A stretch of 64,000 bases of DNA from Turneriella sp. (GTDB lineage: Bacteria > Spirochaetota > Leptospiria > Turneriellales > Turneriellaceae): NCBI GenBank assembly GCA_965279515.1, contig CBDIID010000003.1, forward strand, positions 2,464,001-2,528,000, in the 5' to 3' direction. Position 1 is the stretch's first letter; each line of letters begins with the position of its first letter. Shown here piece after piece: positions 39,712 to 49,045 of the stretch. The notes beneath the pieces were generated by a model. The model worked only from the letters and a program-made list of their open reading frames with translations. It was not told the origin of the DNA and did no database searches. The translations under genes were made by a program, and so were the position numbers.

Positions 39712-40119
39712 TCAGTTTCTGAGGCTTTTGATCTTGTTCAAGGCTTCGAGAACTTCGGGTGATCCGGCAAACTTCTGCATGACTGCCTGTGTTTCGCCCG
39801 AGAAAACATTTTTCACGGCAGCCTGGAAGGCTTCGTTTTTTTCCTTGAGTTCGGGAGGCATCGCGCCCTTAGCCTTCATACCGTGTTTTTTTTCGAGTTC
39901 GGCGCCTTTGCTTTTCATTGTCGACATGGTATTGTAAACCTTTGTCAAAGCGGCTGCCACGGCGGGCGCGTCTTTGGCGGCTTTCATATCGGTAGCAGCT
40001 CCGTTTAATTCCTTAGTTGCATCATCGAAAAGGTTGCCGAAATCTTTCGTCATTGAACCTTTGCCGCAAGCGGCGAGTGTGAAAACTGCAACGGCAATGC
40101 ATAATCCTGTTTTTTTCAT
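39712..40119 (-). CDS. Helical lipoprotein
   Basis: MKK...LAAC lipobox. Confidence 0.75.
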   Translation of the reverse strand: MKKTGLCIAVAVFTLAACGKGSMTKDFGNLFDDATKELNGAATDMKAAKDAPAVAAALTKVYNTMSTMKSKGAELEKKHGMKAKGAMPPELKEKNEAFQAAVKNVFSGETQAVMQKFAGSPEVLEALNKIKSLRN

Positions 40120-40219
40120 GAATTTTCTCCTGATTTTGCGCCGCGGGATTTCCCGGTGTTTTTCGGGTCGCAGAGCCGGGCTAGCAAACTAAACGAAAGG
40201 ACGCCGTCAAGTCAAACCG

Positions 40220-40648
40220 TCAGGCGACACCCGGCGGCAGTACCCGGCACGACCCCTTACTCACCGTCTCACCCCGCTGGTTGCTCCACAGGATATTCAT
40301 TTCAACGACCTTCATGCGTTCGATTTTTTTGGACACCGTGACGGCAACCGTAACGGTATCGCCGAAATATACCGCATTCCGGAACTTCTGCGTCACCTCA
40401 AGGGCGACTGTTCCGAGGCCCGGCAATTTCATACCGAGCACATTGGCTAAGAGCGATGCCGCAAGGCCACCGTGCGCAATACGCGTTTTAAAGGGCGATG
40501 TCTTCGCGTACTCTTCATTCACATGCAGGGGGTTAAAATCACCGCTGATACCGGCGAATAAATAGACATCGGTTTCTGTAATGGTCTTGGTGAAGCTGGC
40601 GGTTTCGCCGATCTGGATCTGTTCAAAAGTTTTGCCTTTCTCGTACAT
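40220..40648 (-). CDS. MaoC family (R)-enoyl-CoA hydratase
   Basis: FAGISGDFNPLH, IAHG, LPG.G. Confidence 0.92.
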   Translation of the reverse strand: MYEKGKTFEQIQIGETASFTKTITETDVYLFAGISGDFNPLHVNEEYAKTSPFKTRIAHGGLAASLLANVLGMKLPGLGTVALEVTQKFRNAVYFGDTVTVAVTVSKKIERMKVVEMNILWSNQRGETVSKGSCRVLPPGVA

Positions 40649-40695
40649 AGGGTTTAGTCGGATTTAAAACACCGGGCGTCGATGACTAACCAAGC

Positions 40696-41895
40696 TCATA
40701 CACATTTCTGCTTCTTCAGTTCTTCGATCTCGGCGGCCGAGAAACCGGCTGCGGTAAGAATTTCGTCGGTGTGCTCACCCTGCGTCGGCGGCGCACTGCG
40801 GTAGGTCACCGGCGTTTCCGAGAAATGGAACGGCGAACCGATCACAGTGACTTTGCCCAGGCGGGGATGATCCATCTCACGGATCATGCCGCGTTCGCGC
40901 AGGTGGCGATCCTGCACCACTTCGCCCATAGAGCTGAGGCCTGAAAAACAACTATCTGTGTTCTCGAAGAGCGGCGACCATTCGGCATAGGTCTTTGCCT
41001 TGAAGATCTTTTCCAATTCGGCATGCACGGCCTTAAACCCCGCTTCGTCGCGGCTCATGTTTTCGAGCAGATCGACACGATCGATCTGGCGCAGGAATGT
41101 CTTAAAGAAGTTTTCTTCCAGCGCCGCCAGCATCACGTACTTACCATCTTTGGTTTCATAGACCTGGTAATTGGGCAACATCCCCGAAAGCGCCTCGTTG
41201 CCACGCTCGGGCTCTTTGCCGCTGGCGATAAACTCTCCCATATAAAGAGACAAAAAGGGCGCCGAGCCATCCTGCATCGAGATATCGAGAAACTGGCCGC
41301 GGCCGGTTTTCTCACGCGCATAGAGCGCCGCGAGAATTGCCGCCAGCGCCGTCAGCGTACCGCCGCCGATATCGGCGACCTGAAAGCCGGGCACCACAGG
41401 CGGGCCACCTTTGACGCCGTTCAGGGCCAAAAGGCCCGCACGCGCAATGTAGTTGGCATCGTGCCCGGCGTGTTCCTTATAAACTCCAGTCGCCCCATAA
41501 CCCGAAATCGCGCAGTAGATCAGCCGCGGGAATTTCTCCTTGAGCTGTTCATAGCCGATGCCCAGCTCGTTCAATGTGTCGGGGCGAAAACCTTCGAGCA
41601 GAATATCACAATCTTTCAGCAGGCGAAAAATTACATCACGGCCGCCCTCGCGCTTGATGTTGACCGTAATCGATTTTTTATTGCGGTTGAGCTGCAGAAA
41701 AAAACCGGTTTCTGAAAATTCTCCCTTCGTGACCTTAGTGCCCATGTAGCGCGTCAGGTCACCCATGCGGGGATTTTCCACTTTGATAACTTCGGCGCCC
41801 ATATCGGCGAGATGCTGCGAACACAGGGGGCCAGGCAGCAGCAACGACAGATCGAGAATTTTTACACCGGTCAGCGGGCCGTTTTCCATTTTCAT
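40696..41895 (-). CDS. CaiB/BaiF family III CoA transferase
   Basis: PGP...LADMGAEVIKVE, NRNKKS, EGFRP, GHD.NY. Confidence 0.95.
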   Translation of the reverse strand: MKMENGPLTGVKILDLSLLLPGPLCSQHLADMGAEVIKVENPRMGDLTRYMGTKVTKGEFSETGFFLQLNRNKKSITVNIKREGGRDVIFRLLKDCDILLEGFRPDTLNELGIGYEQLKEKFPRLIYCAISGYGATGVYKEHAGHDANYIARAGLLALNGVKGGPPVVPGFQVADIGGGTLTALAAILAALYAREKTGRGQFLDISMQDGSAPFLSLYMGEFIASGKEPERGNEALSGMLPNYQVYETKDGKYVMLAALEENFFKTFLRQIDRVDLLENMSRDEAGFKAVHAELEKIFKAKTYAEWSPLFENTDSCFSGLSSMGEVVQDRHLRERGMIREMDHPRLGKVTVIGSPFHFSETPVTYRSAPPTQGEHTDEILTAAGFSAAEIEELKKQKCV

Positions 41896-41943
41896 GTTCG
41901 TTGTATTTTTTCTGCGAGAGTCAGCGAAAAGAAAAATGGTATG

Positions 41944-42645
41944 TCACCCCCCTGACTCCCCCCTAAGGCTTACGATCGTCTGGTTCAAATCTTCCAGGTC
42001 TGCATTGCGCTCTTCCGCTTCGAGTTCGCGCAGTATCCGCGTAAAATCTTTGGCGCGGTCCAAATCGGTAACCTTGCCGCGCACCACAACGGGAATGCCC
42101 GCCTGTTGCAAAGCCCTGATCTGATCGGCGCCTGCCGACGAGGTACTCCAGCGGATGCGATCGAAGGCGGCGGCAGAATATTTTTCTGCCGCGAGCGAAA
42201 GAAATGCATACCCGCCGTCGCGCGCGAGTGTAATCACGCTTTGCGGAAAGAGGGCGATGGCCTGGTCAAAAACGCCGGCCGGTAAACAGGGGATATCCGC
42301 TCCCCAGACCAAAGCAAGATCGTGGCGGCTGAGAACTTCAGCACAGGCATTCTGCAGCCGCGTGCCGAGATCGCCTTCGCTCTGCGCACGGAAACGCAGT
42401 TTCATGCCCGCAAGATCGGGCGAAAATTTATAGCGCGCCACGAGCGCAGAAGCACCCGGCGCAAAGTAAACATAATCGGTATAAGAGTGCGCCGGGGCGC
42501 GCGGCAGCGAAAAAACGCGCGACTGCACGCGCAAGAGCCAGCGGTAGATTTCAAGGGCGGCAGTTTCAGATAGTTCGGCGGCCAGGCGGCTCTTGACCTT
42601 ACCGCGTTCGGGCAGGCGTGCAAAGAGGACGCGGGCGACGCGCAG
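41944..42645 (-). CDS. DUF2064 / TIGR04282-type nucleotidyltransferase-like protein (probable CTG start)
   Basis: FARLPERGKVKSRLA, Q.EGDLG.RL, GADIP, DGGY, WST, DLD motifs. Confidence 0.8.
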   Translation of the reverse strand: MRVARVLFARLPERGKVKSRLAAELSETAALEIYRWLLRVQSRVFSLPRAPAHSYTDYVYFAPGASALVARYKFSPDLAGMKLRFRAQSEGDLGTRLQNACAEVLSRHDLALVWGADIPCLPAGVFDQAIALFPQSVITLARDGGYAFLSLAAEKYSAAAFDRIRWSTSSAGADQIRALQQAGIPVVVRGKVTDLDRAKDFTRILRELEAEERNADLEDLNQTIVSLRGESGG

Positions 42646-43440
42646 TTACATCACCGCGGGCTTGAGGCCCTTGCTGTCCGCGAGTTGCAGATAGGCTTTT
42701 TCGACCACCGCACGGATGCCGATCAGCTTTTCTTTTTCGGTCAGCTTGCTCGTCGCGTTTGCGGGATGCAGCTCATGATCGGGCAAGATCGGGTCAAGTA
42801 CCTGGATAGCAATGCGATGCGGAAACAACAGGACATTCGAATGCATGGGCCGTGTTTCCTGCGTACCATACAGAACAATCGGAATAATCGGAAAGCCGCC
42901 TTTTTCGGCGACCTGGAATGCCCCCGCCTTGAACGGCAGAATCTTGCGCGCATCTTTACTACGCGTACCTTCGGGATAAATCAGCACCCGGTTGTTCTCA
43001 CGCACCTTAGCCTCGACGACCTCTAGCGAGCGGGCTGCCTGGCGCGGGCTTGAGCGGTTCACCGAGATGTATCCGATCTTGCGCATGGCGAGACCGATAA
43101 ATGGAATTTTGAAAACTTCTTCCTTGGAAAGAAATAGAAAGTCCAAAGGATAGAATCCTAACCCCGCCAAAATGTCAAAGAGGGATTGATGGTTGCTGAT
43201 AACAATGCCGGGTTCGTTTCGCGCCTTTTCCGCTCCGTAAACGTAGACCGGACAAAATGTAATGCGAATACCAAGCCAGCCCCAGAACTCTGCAAAGTAG
43301 CGCAATTTGCGGCTATGCTTTTTGGGCCAAACCGGGGCAAGCAGGATCACGAGGGTGGCGATGAGAATAGTGAATGGAATGAAGGTCGCCAGAAACCAGA
43401 CATAAAAAAGAAAGCCAACCGGAATCAACGCGTACCGCAT
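42646..43440 (-). CDS. plsC: 1-acyl-sn-glycerol-3-phosphate acyltransferase
   Basis: NHQSLFD, YPEGTRS, FKAGAF. Confidence 0.9.
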   Translation of the reverse strand: MRYALIPVGFLFYVWFLATFIPFTILIATLVILLAPVWPKKHSRKLRYFAEFWGWLGIRITFCPVYVYGAEKARNEPGIVISNHQSLFDILAGLGFYPLDFLFLSKEEVFKIPFIGLAMRKIGYISVNRSSPRQAARSLEVVEAKVRENNRVLIYPEGTRSKDARKILPFKAGAFQVAEKGGFPIIPIVLYGTQETRPMHSNVLLFPHRIAIQVLDPILPDHELHPANATSKLTEKEKLIGIRAVVEKAYLQLADSKGLKPAVM

Positions 43441-43554
43441 GGGGGGCCGTCTCGTTTTTGAACAGAACGTCAATGGTTTTTGGTTAACGAACAATGACGC
43501 AAAACCGGACATTTATTGATTGACCGCGAGCTAACGCAGGAAACTTAGCTTTAG

Positions 43555-44289
43555 ATGCACCGCGGAATACTCGAAACCGTATTCTGTGCCGGCGTTCATG
43601 GGAGCGCCGACAACTTCAGGCAGTGGGCGACGATGTACCGCCAACTCGCTGCATCACCCTTGCCCCCCAATCTCAGCGAATTTCAGGCCGCGCTCGATGA
43701 GCAGGTCGGTGATGCGGCAAAGCAGACGAGCGTAGATCTTTCTGACGATTTTATGCAGAAAGATATCATGCGTCTTTTCGATGCGGGCGCAACCGAAGTG
43801 ATATTGCCGTACAGCGAACTGCGGTGGCGTAACCATAACGAATGGGTTTTTCACACGGATAACTCAGAGAGTTTTTTTGTCGCGAACGATATGAAACTTT
43901 CACCGCTGCAATATATCCGCTCGCGCGTGCAGAATTTTTGCGACGACAAGGGTGTTCTGAACGCTCACCGCGACGAAATTGTCATCTCAGTCACCGAAGC
44001 GGCAGAGAACGCGATTAAGTACTCTAATGTGTTACCTGTTTTTATCCACCACGGCATCGAAAAAGAAGAGTATTTTATCCGCGCCATCAACTCAGTCAAC
44101 GACCTCAACCTTAAAGACGAAATTTCACGCGGCAAATTTTCTGAGGATGTCTCGCTGATGCGCGGAGTTCTGGTGATGTCAAAGCTGCTCGACTTTCTCG
44201 ACATCGTGCGCGACGTCGAGAAAAAACGCGTGGAGTTTATCGGCCGAAAGAAGATTTCGCTGAAACCTTCAAAACTAGTATCGGCCTGA
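43555..44289 (+). CDS. RsbW-like HATPase domain protein (degenerate)
   Basis: ISVTEAAENAIKYS N-box; MRGVLVM G-box-like; no DxG motif. Confidence 0.65.
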   Translation: MHRGILETVFCAGVHGSADNFRQWATMYRQLAASPLPPNLSEFQAALDEQVGDAAKQTSVDLSDDFMQKDIMRLFDAGATEVILPYSELRWRNHNEWVFHTDNSESFFVANDMKLSPLQYIRSRVQNFCDDKGVLNAHRDEIVISVTEAAENAIKYSNVLPVFIHHGIEKEEYFIRAINSVNDLNLKDEISRGKFSEDVSLMRGVLVMSKLLDFLDIVRDVEKKRVEFIGRKKISLKPSKLVSA

Positions 44290-44318
44290 ACCGCTGCCGG
44301 CTAACAGATTTTCCGAAA

Positions 44319-45257
44319 TCAATACTTACCGGCTGAGGTGCTCAATGCCCCGATCGGGTGCCAGATCGTTTTATATTCCTGAAAGTCCGTAATGTAGTCG
44401 AGTTTTTCACCCGCTTCACTGTAGAGATCCGCCGCAGTTTTCCAGGACTTGATGCGCACGCGCTTCAGATTTTCTGTTGCCGCTGTTTCGGCGGTTTTAC
44501 GTGTCTCGTCGGAAATCACGGCAAGATCGAGCGCGTTGACATCCATGTGCTGCGCGAGGCCGGGTAACAGTTCTTTATGATAACCCGTGAGCACATTCAC
44601 GACACCGCCGGGTAAGTCAGAGGTTGCGAGCACTTCAGCAAGGCTCAGGACAACCGCTGGATTTTCTTCGGACACAAGCGCGATCACCGAATTACCACCC
44701 GCAAGAATCGGCGCGATCTGGGAAATAAAACCCAGCACCGGAGAAAAATTAGGGCAGAGCGCCACAACAACACCCATGGGTTCCGGAATAGTGAAGTTAA
44801 AATACGAACCCGAAACCGGGTTATGGTTACCCGAAAGCTGTTGGAATTTATCGCACCAGCCGGAATACCAGACAAGGCGATCGATGGAGGTCTCGACCTC
44901 ACGCGCGGCGTCAGAGGGCTTCGCACCGGAGACAAAAGAAATCTCAGCGCTAATCTCGCCGGCGCGCGCTTCGAGCATCTCGGCCATGCGGTAGAGAATC
45001 TGGCCGCGGTTGAAAGCGGTTTTCGAGGCCCAGCTATTGGCACCCTTGCGGGCGGCCTCCACAGCGTTGCGGGCATCTTTGCGGCTGCCCTGCTGGATAT
45101 TCGCGTAGAACTTTCCCGATTCTTTTGCACTCAGGGGAAACGAACGCCCCGATTCAGAGCGCGGAAACTCGCCGCCAATATAGAGTTTTTTAGTTTTGGC
45201 GACCGCAAGGCGCACCGACTTGGTGTCCGCGGCTTTTTCTTCGACGGCTTCTGGCAT
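44319..45257 (-). CDS. Short aldehyde dehydrogenase family protein (NAD-binding domain only)
   Basis: KLYIGGEFPRSESGR, EPMGVV, DLPGGVVNVLTG, EYKTIWHPIG; no catalytic Cys domain. Confidence 0.85.
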   Translation of the reverse strand: MPEAVEEKAADTKSVRLAVAKTKKLYIGGEFPRSESGRSFPLSAKESGKFYANIQQGSRKDARNAVEAARKGANSWASKTAFNRGQILYRMAEMLEARAGEISAEISFVSGAKPSDAAREVETSIDRLVWYSGWCDKFQQLSGNHNPVSGSYFNFTIPEPMGVVVALCPNFSPVLGFISQIAPILAGGNSVIALVSEENPAVVLSLAEVLATSDLPGGVVNVLTGYHKELLPGLAQHMDVNALDLAVISDETRKTAETAATENLKRVRIKSWKTAADLYSEAGEKLDYITDFQEYKTIWHPIGALSTSAGKY

Positions 45258-45291
45258 GCTTTAAGTTTCGGCGGGCCGCAGCCGTGTCAAA

Positions 45292-45870
45292 CTATTTGCA
45301 AAGCTCGGCATTCCCCATAGGGTCCGCTTCGTTGCCGAACCAGGCGACAGCATAGCCGCCCTTGATGCCAACGCCAAAGGCATTCCAGGCCCTGCTCCAC
45401 ATGCCTTGGTTCACCATAACCGCATTATGTCCCGAAGACCCCTGCCAGACGCGCAGCGCCGTTGCCGAGTCGATGCCGCCACTGCCGCCGGCCGAAATCT
45501 CAAAGCCGCTTCCCTTATAGTCACTAAGTTCCTGCGGCTTTTTCCACATGCACTGCGCCTTCGCATGATCGCTCGTATAACAGCACGAAGACCACGGGCC
45601 GGCATTCGACCAGCTGTGCATATTGCACATACCAGAGGCAGGGCGATTATCTGCAAGGTCAGCCGCATGCGTCTTTGCCACATAGCTGAGCGACTTTGTC
45701 GCTTGCAGTGTGGGCAATCCTTTGCCGCGGCGGTAGGTATTTATGGCCTCGACAAGTTTCATCTCTTCAGCCGTCAGGCAGACCTTGGCCGCAGGTCTTG
45801 CAAGCGGCGCTTCGCTGCGCAAGCCCAGAGAGGTGACGGCAATCAGTACCGCTAAAATAGTTTTTTTCAT
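45292..45870 (-). CDS. CAP (SCP) domain secreted protein
   Basis: INTYRR, A..HA.DL, HSW, E, WQGSSGHN. Confidence 0.88.
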   Translation of the reverse strand: MKKTILAVLIAVTSLGLRSEAPLARPAAKVCLTAEEMKLVEAINTYRRGKGLPTLQATKSLSYVAKTHAADLADNRPASGMCNMHSWSNAGPWSSCCYTSDHAKAQCMWKKPQELSDYKGSGFEISAGGSGGIDSATALRVWQGSSGHNAVMVNQGMWSRAWNAFGVGIKGGYAVAWFGNEADPMGNAELCK

Positions 45871-47255
45871 CAGTAGTTTACGCTCACCTTTTCGAGAACC
45901 CCGAATGCCTCGAAAACCGTTTCTGACAGCGTCGGGTGCGGCATAACTGCATGCATAAAGTCATCCGCCAAGAGCTCTGACCCCATCGCGAGGGAAACCT
46001 GGCCGATCAGTTCGGCGGCATTTTCACCGACGATCTGCGCGCCCAGGATTTCACCGGTCTTTTTGTCAGTAAAGACACGCGTAAAAGCATTCTGCTCGGC
46101 CGCTGCCAGCGCCATGCCCGAGGCAATCCACGGAAATTCGCCGACGGTAAAATCACGCTTCGCTTCGGTCAGCTGTTTTTCGCTGAGCCCGATCGTCGCC
46201 ACCTGCGGGGATGTATAGATGCAGCCGGGAATCTCGCCCACAGCTGCGGGCTTTTTACCCGCAAGGCTTTCGGCGACAAAGATGCCCTGGTGTGCGGCAC
46301 GGTGCGCGAGCAGTTTTCCGGGCGTCACATCGCCGATCGCAAAAATATTCTTCTCTTTGGTTTGCAGCTGTGCATCGACATGGATGAACTTTTTTTCGTC
46401 GAGAATTCCAAAAGCGTCGATGCCCAGATCTTCGGTATTCGGCTGCACGCCGATCGCGACAAGCATTGCCGCCGACTGGACCTTTTCTTCTTTGCCATCC
46501 GCGGTCTTGAGCTTAGTTTCCACACCCTGGGCATTCTCCGCATTCGCGGTGATCTGCGCGCCTTCAAAGATCTGCATCCCCCTTTGTTCGAGGGCTTTTC
46601 TGAGGTGGCTCGCGACCTTGAGGTCGTCGTTCGGCAGAATGTGCGGCGCCATTTCAATGAGCGTCACCTTGCTGCCTAAGCACTGGTAAAAATCGGCGAA
46701 CTCGAGGCCGATGGCGCCACCGCCGATCACGGTGAGGCTCGCGGGCAACTCTTTCGCTACAAGCGCATCGCGGTACTGCCAGACTTTTTTCGAAAAGGGT
46801 AATTGCGGCAACGCCCGTGCCCGGGCACCGGTGGCAATGCAGGCATTTTTGAAATTCACCTGCGTCTCACCCGCCGCGGATTTTACCTTCAGCTGTGTTT
46901 TAGAAGTAAAGGCGGCATTCCCTTCGAAGAGTGTAACACCGTATTTTTTAAAGAGCGACTTGACGCCGGTCTGCAGGCGCGTCGCCACCTGGCGCGAACG
47001 GTCGATTATCGCGGGCAGGTCGGCGGCGATTTTACCCTCAACCGTGATGCCGAGTTTTCCGGCCTGTACCTTGTGCAAAAGATGCGCAGAGGTCAAGAGC
47101 GCCTTCGTCGGTATACATCCCCAGTTGAGACAGACACCGCCCGCGTTTTCGCGTTCGACCACAGCGGTCTTAAGCCCTAGCTGCGCCGCGCGTATCGCCG
47201 AGCTGTAACCGCCGGGCCCCGCACCGATCACAACATAGTCAAAGCTATCTGCCAT
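45870..47255 (-). CDS. lpdA: Dihydrolipoyl dehydrogenase
   Basis: GAGPGG, GGVCLNWGCIPTK, GGGAIG, HPTLSE. Confidence 0.95.
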   Translation of the reverse strand: MADSFDYVVIGAGPGGYSSAIRAAQLGLKTAVVERENAGGVCLNWGCIPTKALLTSAHLLHKVQAGKLGITVEGKIAADLPAIIDRSRQVATRLQTGVKSLFKKYGVTLFEGNAAFTSKTQLKVKSAAGETQVNFKNACIATGARARALPQLPFSKKVWQYRDALVAKELPASLTVIGGGAIGLEFADFYQCLGSKVTLIEMAPHILPNDDLKVASHLRKALEQRGMQIFEGAQITANAENAQGVETKLKTADGKEEKVQSAAMLVAIGVQPNTEDLGIDAFGILDEKKFIHVDAQLQTKEKNIFAIGDVTPGKLLAHRAAHQGIFVAESLAGKKPAAVGEIPGCIYTSPQVATIGLSEKQLTEAKRDFTVGEFPWIASGMALAAAEQNAFTRVFTDKKTGEILGAQIVGENAAELIGQVSLAMGSELLADDFMHAVMPHPTLSETVFEAFGVLEKVSVNY

Positions 47256-47321
47256 TACACATGGACGTACGGGCATCAGTGGCGGCAAGAATGTTCGGAT
47301 GCGGGAAAACAGCTTTTTAGT

Positions 47322-47352
47322 TTGACTTTTTGATGCTATGATGCTGTGATGC
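47322..47352 (+). promoter_or_regulatory. vapBC promoter with three TGATGC direct repeats
   Basis: TTGACT at 47322; TGATGC at 47331, 47339, 47347 (8-nt period). Confidence 0.6.
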
Positions 47353-47356
47353 GCGC

Positions 47357-47578
47357 ATGCGGACAACGCTGCACATCGACGACGACATCTACGCTTCGGT
47401 GAAAACTCTCGCTGAAACGAACGGTGTTCCGCCAGGCACTCTCATTAGTCAGTTGCTGCGCAAGGTTTTGTCGCAGACACCAATTGGCAGCGAAAATAGC
47501 CTGCCCGTATTTAAAGTAAAATCGAATGCACGTATTATACCCGGCAATCGGGCAAATAAATTACTTTCAGAAGAATAA
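47357..47578 (+). CDS. VapB-type RHH antitoxin
   Basis: MRTTLHIDDD start; 1-nt overlap with PIN toxin gene. Confidence 0.85.
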   Translation: MRTTLHIDDDIYASVKTLAETNGVPPGTLISQLLRKVLSQTPIGSENSLPVFKVKSNARIIPGNRANKLLSEE

Positions 47579-47982
47579 TGGCATTACTTGACGTCAATGT
47601 GCTCCTGGCCCTCGCATGGCCAAACCATCAATTCCACAATGCCGCAGCAAAATGGTTCTTAAAAAATAAAGCAAAAAAATGGAGCACCTGCGCCCTGACA
47701 GAACTGGCCTTTATCCGTCTCAGTTCGAACCCTGCTTTCACGGAAGAATTCGTCAACCCGGCAACGGCAGCGGCGCTCCTTGAAAAAATGAAAGACAAGA
47801 ACCACGTTTTTTTGGATAAAGAGCGGTCGCCTGCAAAAATAACCTGGGACAAAATCCATTCCCATAAGACGGTAACGGATTTTTATCTCTTGCATCTCGC
47901 TGTAACCCATCGCGTAAAACTTGTGACGTTCGACGCGGGAATCGCGGCGATCAATAACTCGCACACCTTGTTGTTGGCATGA
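47578..47982 (+). CDS. vapC: VapC PIN-domain toxin
   Basis: LLDVNVLLAL.WP.H, TE, TD.YLL.LA, LVTFD. Confidence 0.9.
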   Translation: MALLDVNVLLALAWPNHQFHNAAAKWFLKNKAKKWSTCALTELAFIRLSSNPAFTEEFVNPATAAALLEKMKDKNHVFLDKERSPAKITWDKIHSHKTVTDFYLLHLAVTHRVKLVTFDAGIAAINNSHTLLLA

Positions 47983-48524
47983 CTTTTATCATGTGGATCA
48001 TCGAGCTCGACAAACAAATCTTCGAATACCTGACCCTCTACGCCAACCCACCCTGGCTATCGGCCTGCGCCGAGCGCATCGGCAATCTCTCTACCTACAC
48101 AATACCCGCGCTCATCTTCTGCGTCCTCTACTACTGGCTCAACAGCCCGCGCTTCCTGCGTTTTCTTCTTTTCGTAATCTGCCTGTTAGTGCTCAGTGAA
48201 GGCGCAGCGTACCTGCTGAAAAATCTTATCGCCCGCCCCCGGCCGGCAGTCGACTGGCTGATCTATGTTGATCCCAAAGCATTAGGATTTCCCTCGGCGC
48301 ATGCGGTGAACTCGATGGCGCTGGCGGCTTTCCTGTCGCGTTGGTTTGAGAAATCGATCTTGTGGTATTTACCGATACCCCTCATCATCGGCGCCTCGCG
48401 CGTGCTGGCAAACTACCACTATCCGCTCGACGTTATAGGCGGATGGATCATCGGTTTCACAGTCTTCTGGATCTACTGGAGGCTGACCGACCTTTCATGG
48501 GCGGCGCACCTTAAAAAAATGTAG
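47979..48524 (+). CDS. PAP2 family phosphatase
   Basis: K...ARPRP, FPSAH, SR....HYPLDV. Confidence 0.92.
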   Translation: MTFIMWIIELDKQIFEYLTLYANPPWLSACAERIGNLSTYTIPALIFCVLYYWLNSPRFLRFLLFVICLLVLSEGAAYLLKNLIARPRPAVDWLIYVDPKALGFPSAHAVNSMALAAFLSRWFEKSILWYLPIPLIIGASRVLANYHYPLDVIGGWIIGFTVFWIYWRLTDLSWAAHLKKM

Positions 48525-48541
48525 TGTTGTGCTTTACACCA

Positions 48542-48554
48542 TGTGCGCCGCACA
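48542..48554. promoter_or_regulatory. PhaR-box-like palindrome TGTGC-gcc-GCACA
   Basis: Perfect 5-bp palindrome upstream of a phasin-like gene. Confidence 0.5.
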
Positions 48555-48604
48555 AAATCTGCACTCAGGTACGTTGCTGCGCAAGAGCAATAGGATTAAC
48601 CAAA

Positions 48605-48657
48605 GGAAGCGGTACAGAGCGCATCCGTGCGCACCGCTTCCCTGATACCTCGTGTAC
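48605..48657 (-). repeat. GGA-loop structured intergenic element, copy 2
   Basis: minus strand: gtac-ACGAG-gtat cag ggaagcggt gcgc-ACGGAT-gcgc tctgt accgcttcc. Confidence 0.75.
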
Positions 48658-48671
48658 CAAAGGAGCTTAAC

Positions 48672-48992
48672 ATGGAACAAAATGTAAATAAAGTCGTCAG
48701 CTTCGGCATCGGTGCTTATGAGTCTGCCCGCGCAGGCGCTGAAACACTGCTGAAAAACCTCGAAACAGAAATCAACGCGCTCATCTCACAAGGTGAAAGC
48801 GTTAAAAGCGAAAACGCCGTAAAAGTGCGTACAGCCGTAACAGATGCTTCAAAACAAGTTTCTACCCTCGTTGAGCAGGCAAAAGCTCAATACACAGACC
48901 TCAGCGCAAAAGCGCAAAAGGCATTCTCTGACCTGCAAGCTAAGGCGAGCGAACTCGCTGCAAAATTGCCTGTCGGAAAACAAGCAGCTTAA
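48672..48992 (+). CDS. Phasin-like helical protein
   Basis: AAGGAG SD; FGIGA...LISQGE pattern of PhaF/PhaI-like phasins; Ala/Lys-rich amphipathic helices. Confidence 0.65.
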   Translation: MEQNVNKVVSFGIGAYESARAGAETLLKNLETEINALISQGESVKSENAVKVRTAVTDASKQVSTLVEQAKAQYTDLSAKAQKAFSDLQAKASELAAKLPVGKQAA

Positions 48993-49014
48993 GTCTTAAC
49001 GACTTGATCTGGTG

Positions 49015-49045
49015 GAGGCCCTTCCGCAAGGAGGGGCTTTTTTTT
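49015..49045 (+). terminator. Rho-independent terminator
   Basis: gaggcccttcc-gcaa-ggaggggc followed by a T-run. Confidence 0.85.

Noticed and set aside
41944..42645. Arsenosugar biosynthesis cluster
   Set aside because: No partner glycosyltransferase, radical SAM or ArsM gene nearby; family assignment alone is insufficient
47256..47366. Extended lpdA start
   Set aside because: Covers the divergent promoter region; FAD-binding motif starts right after MADSF
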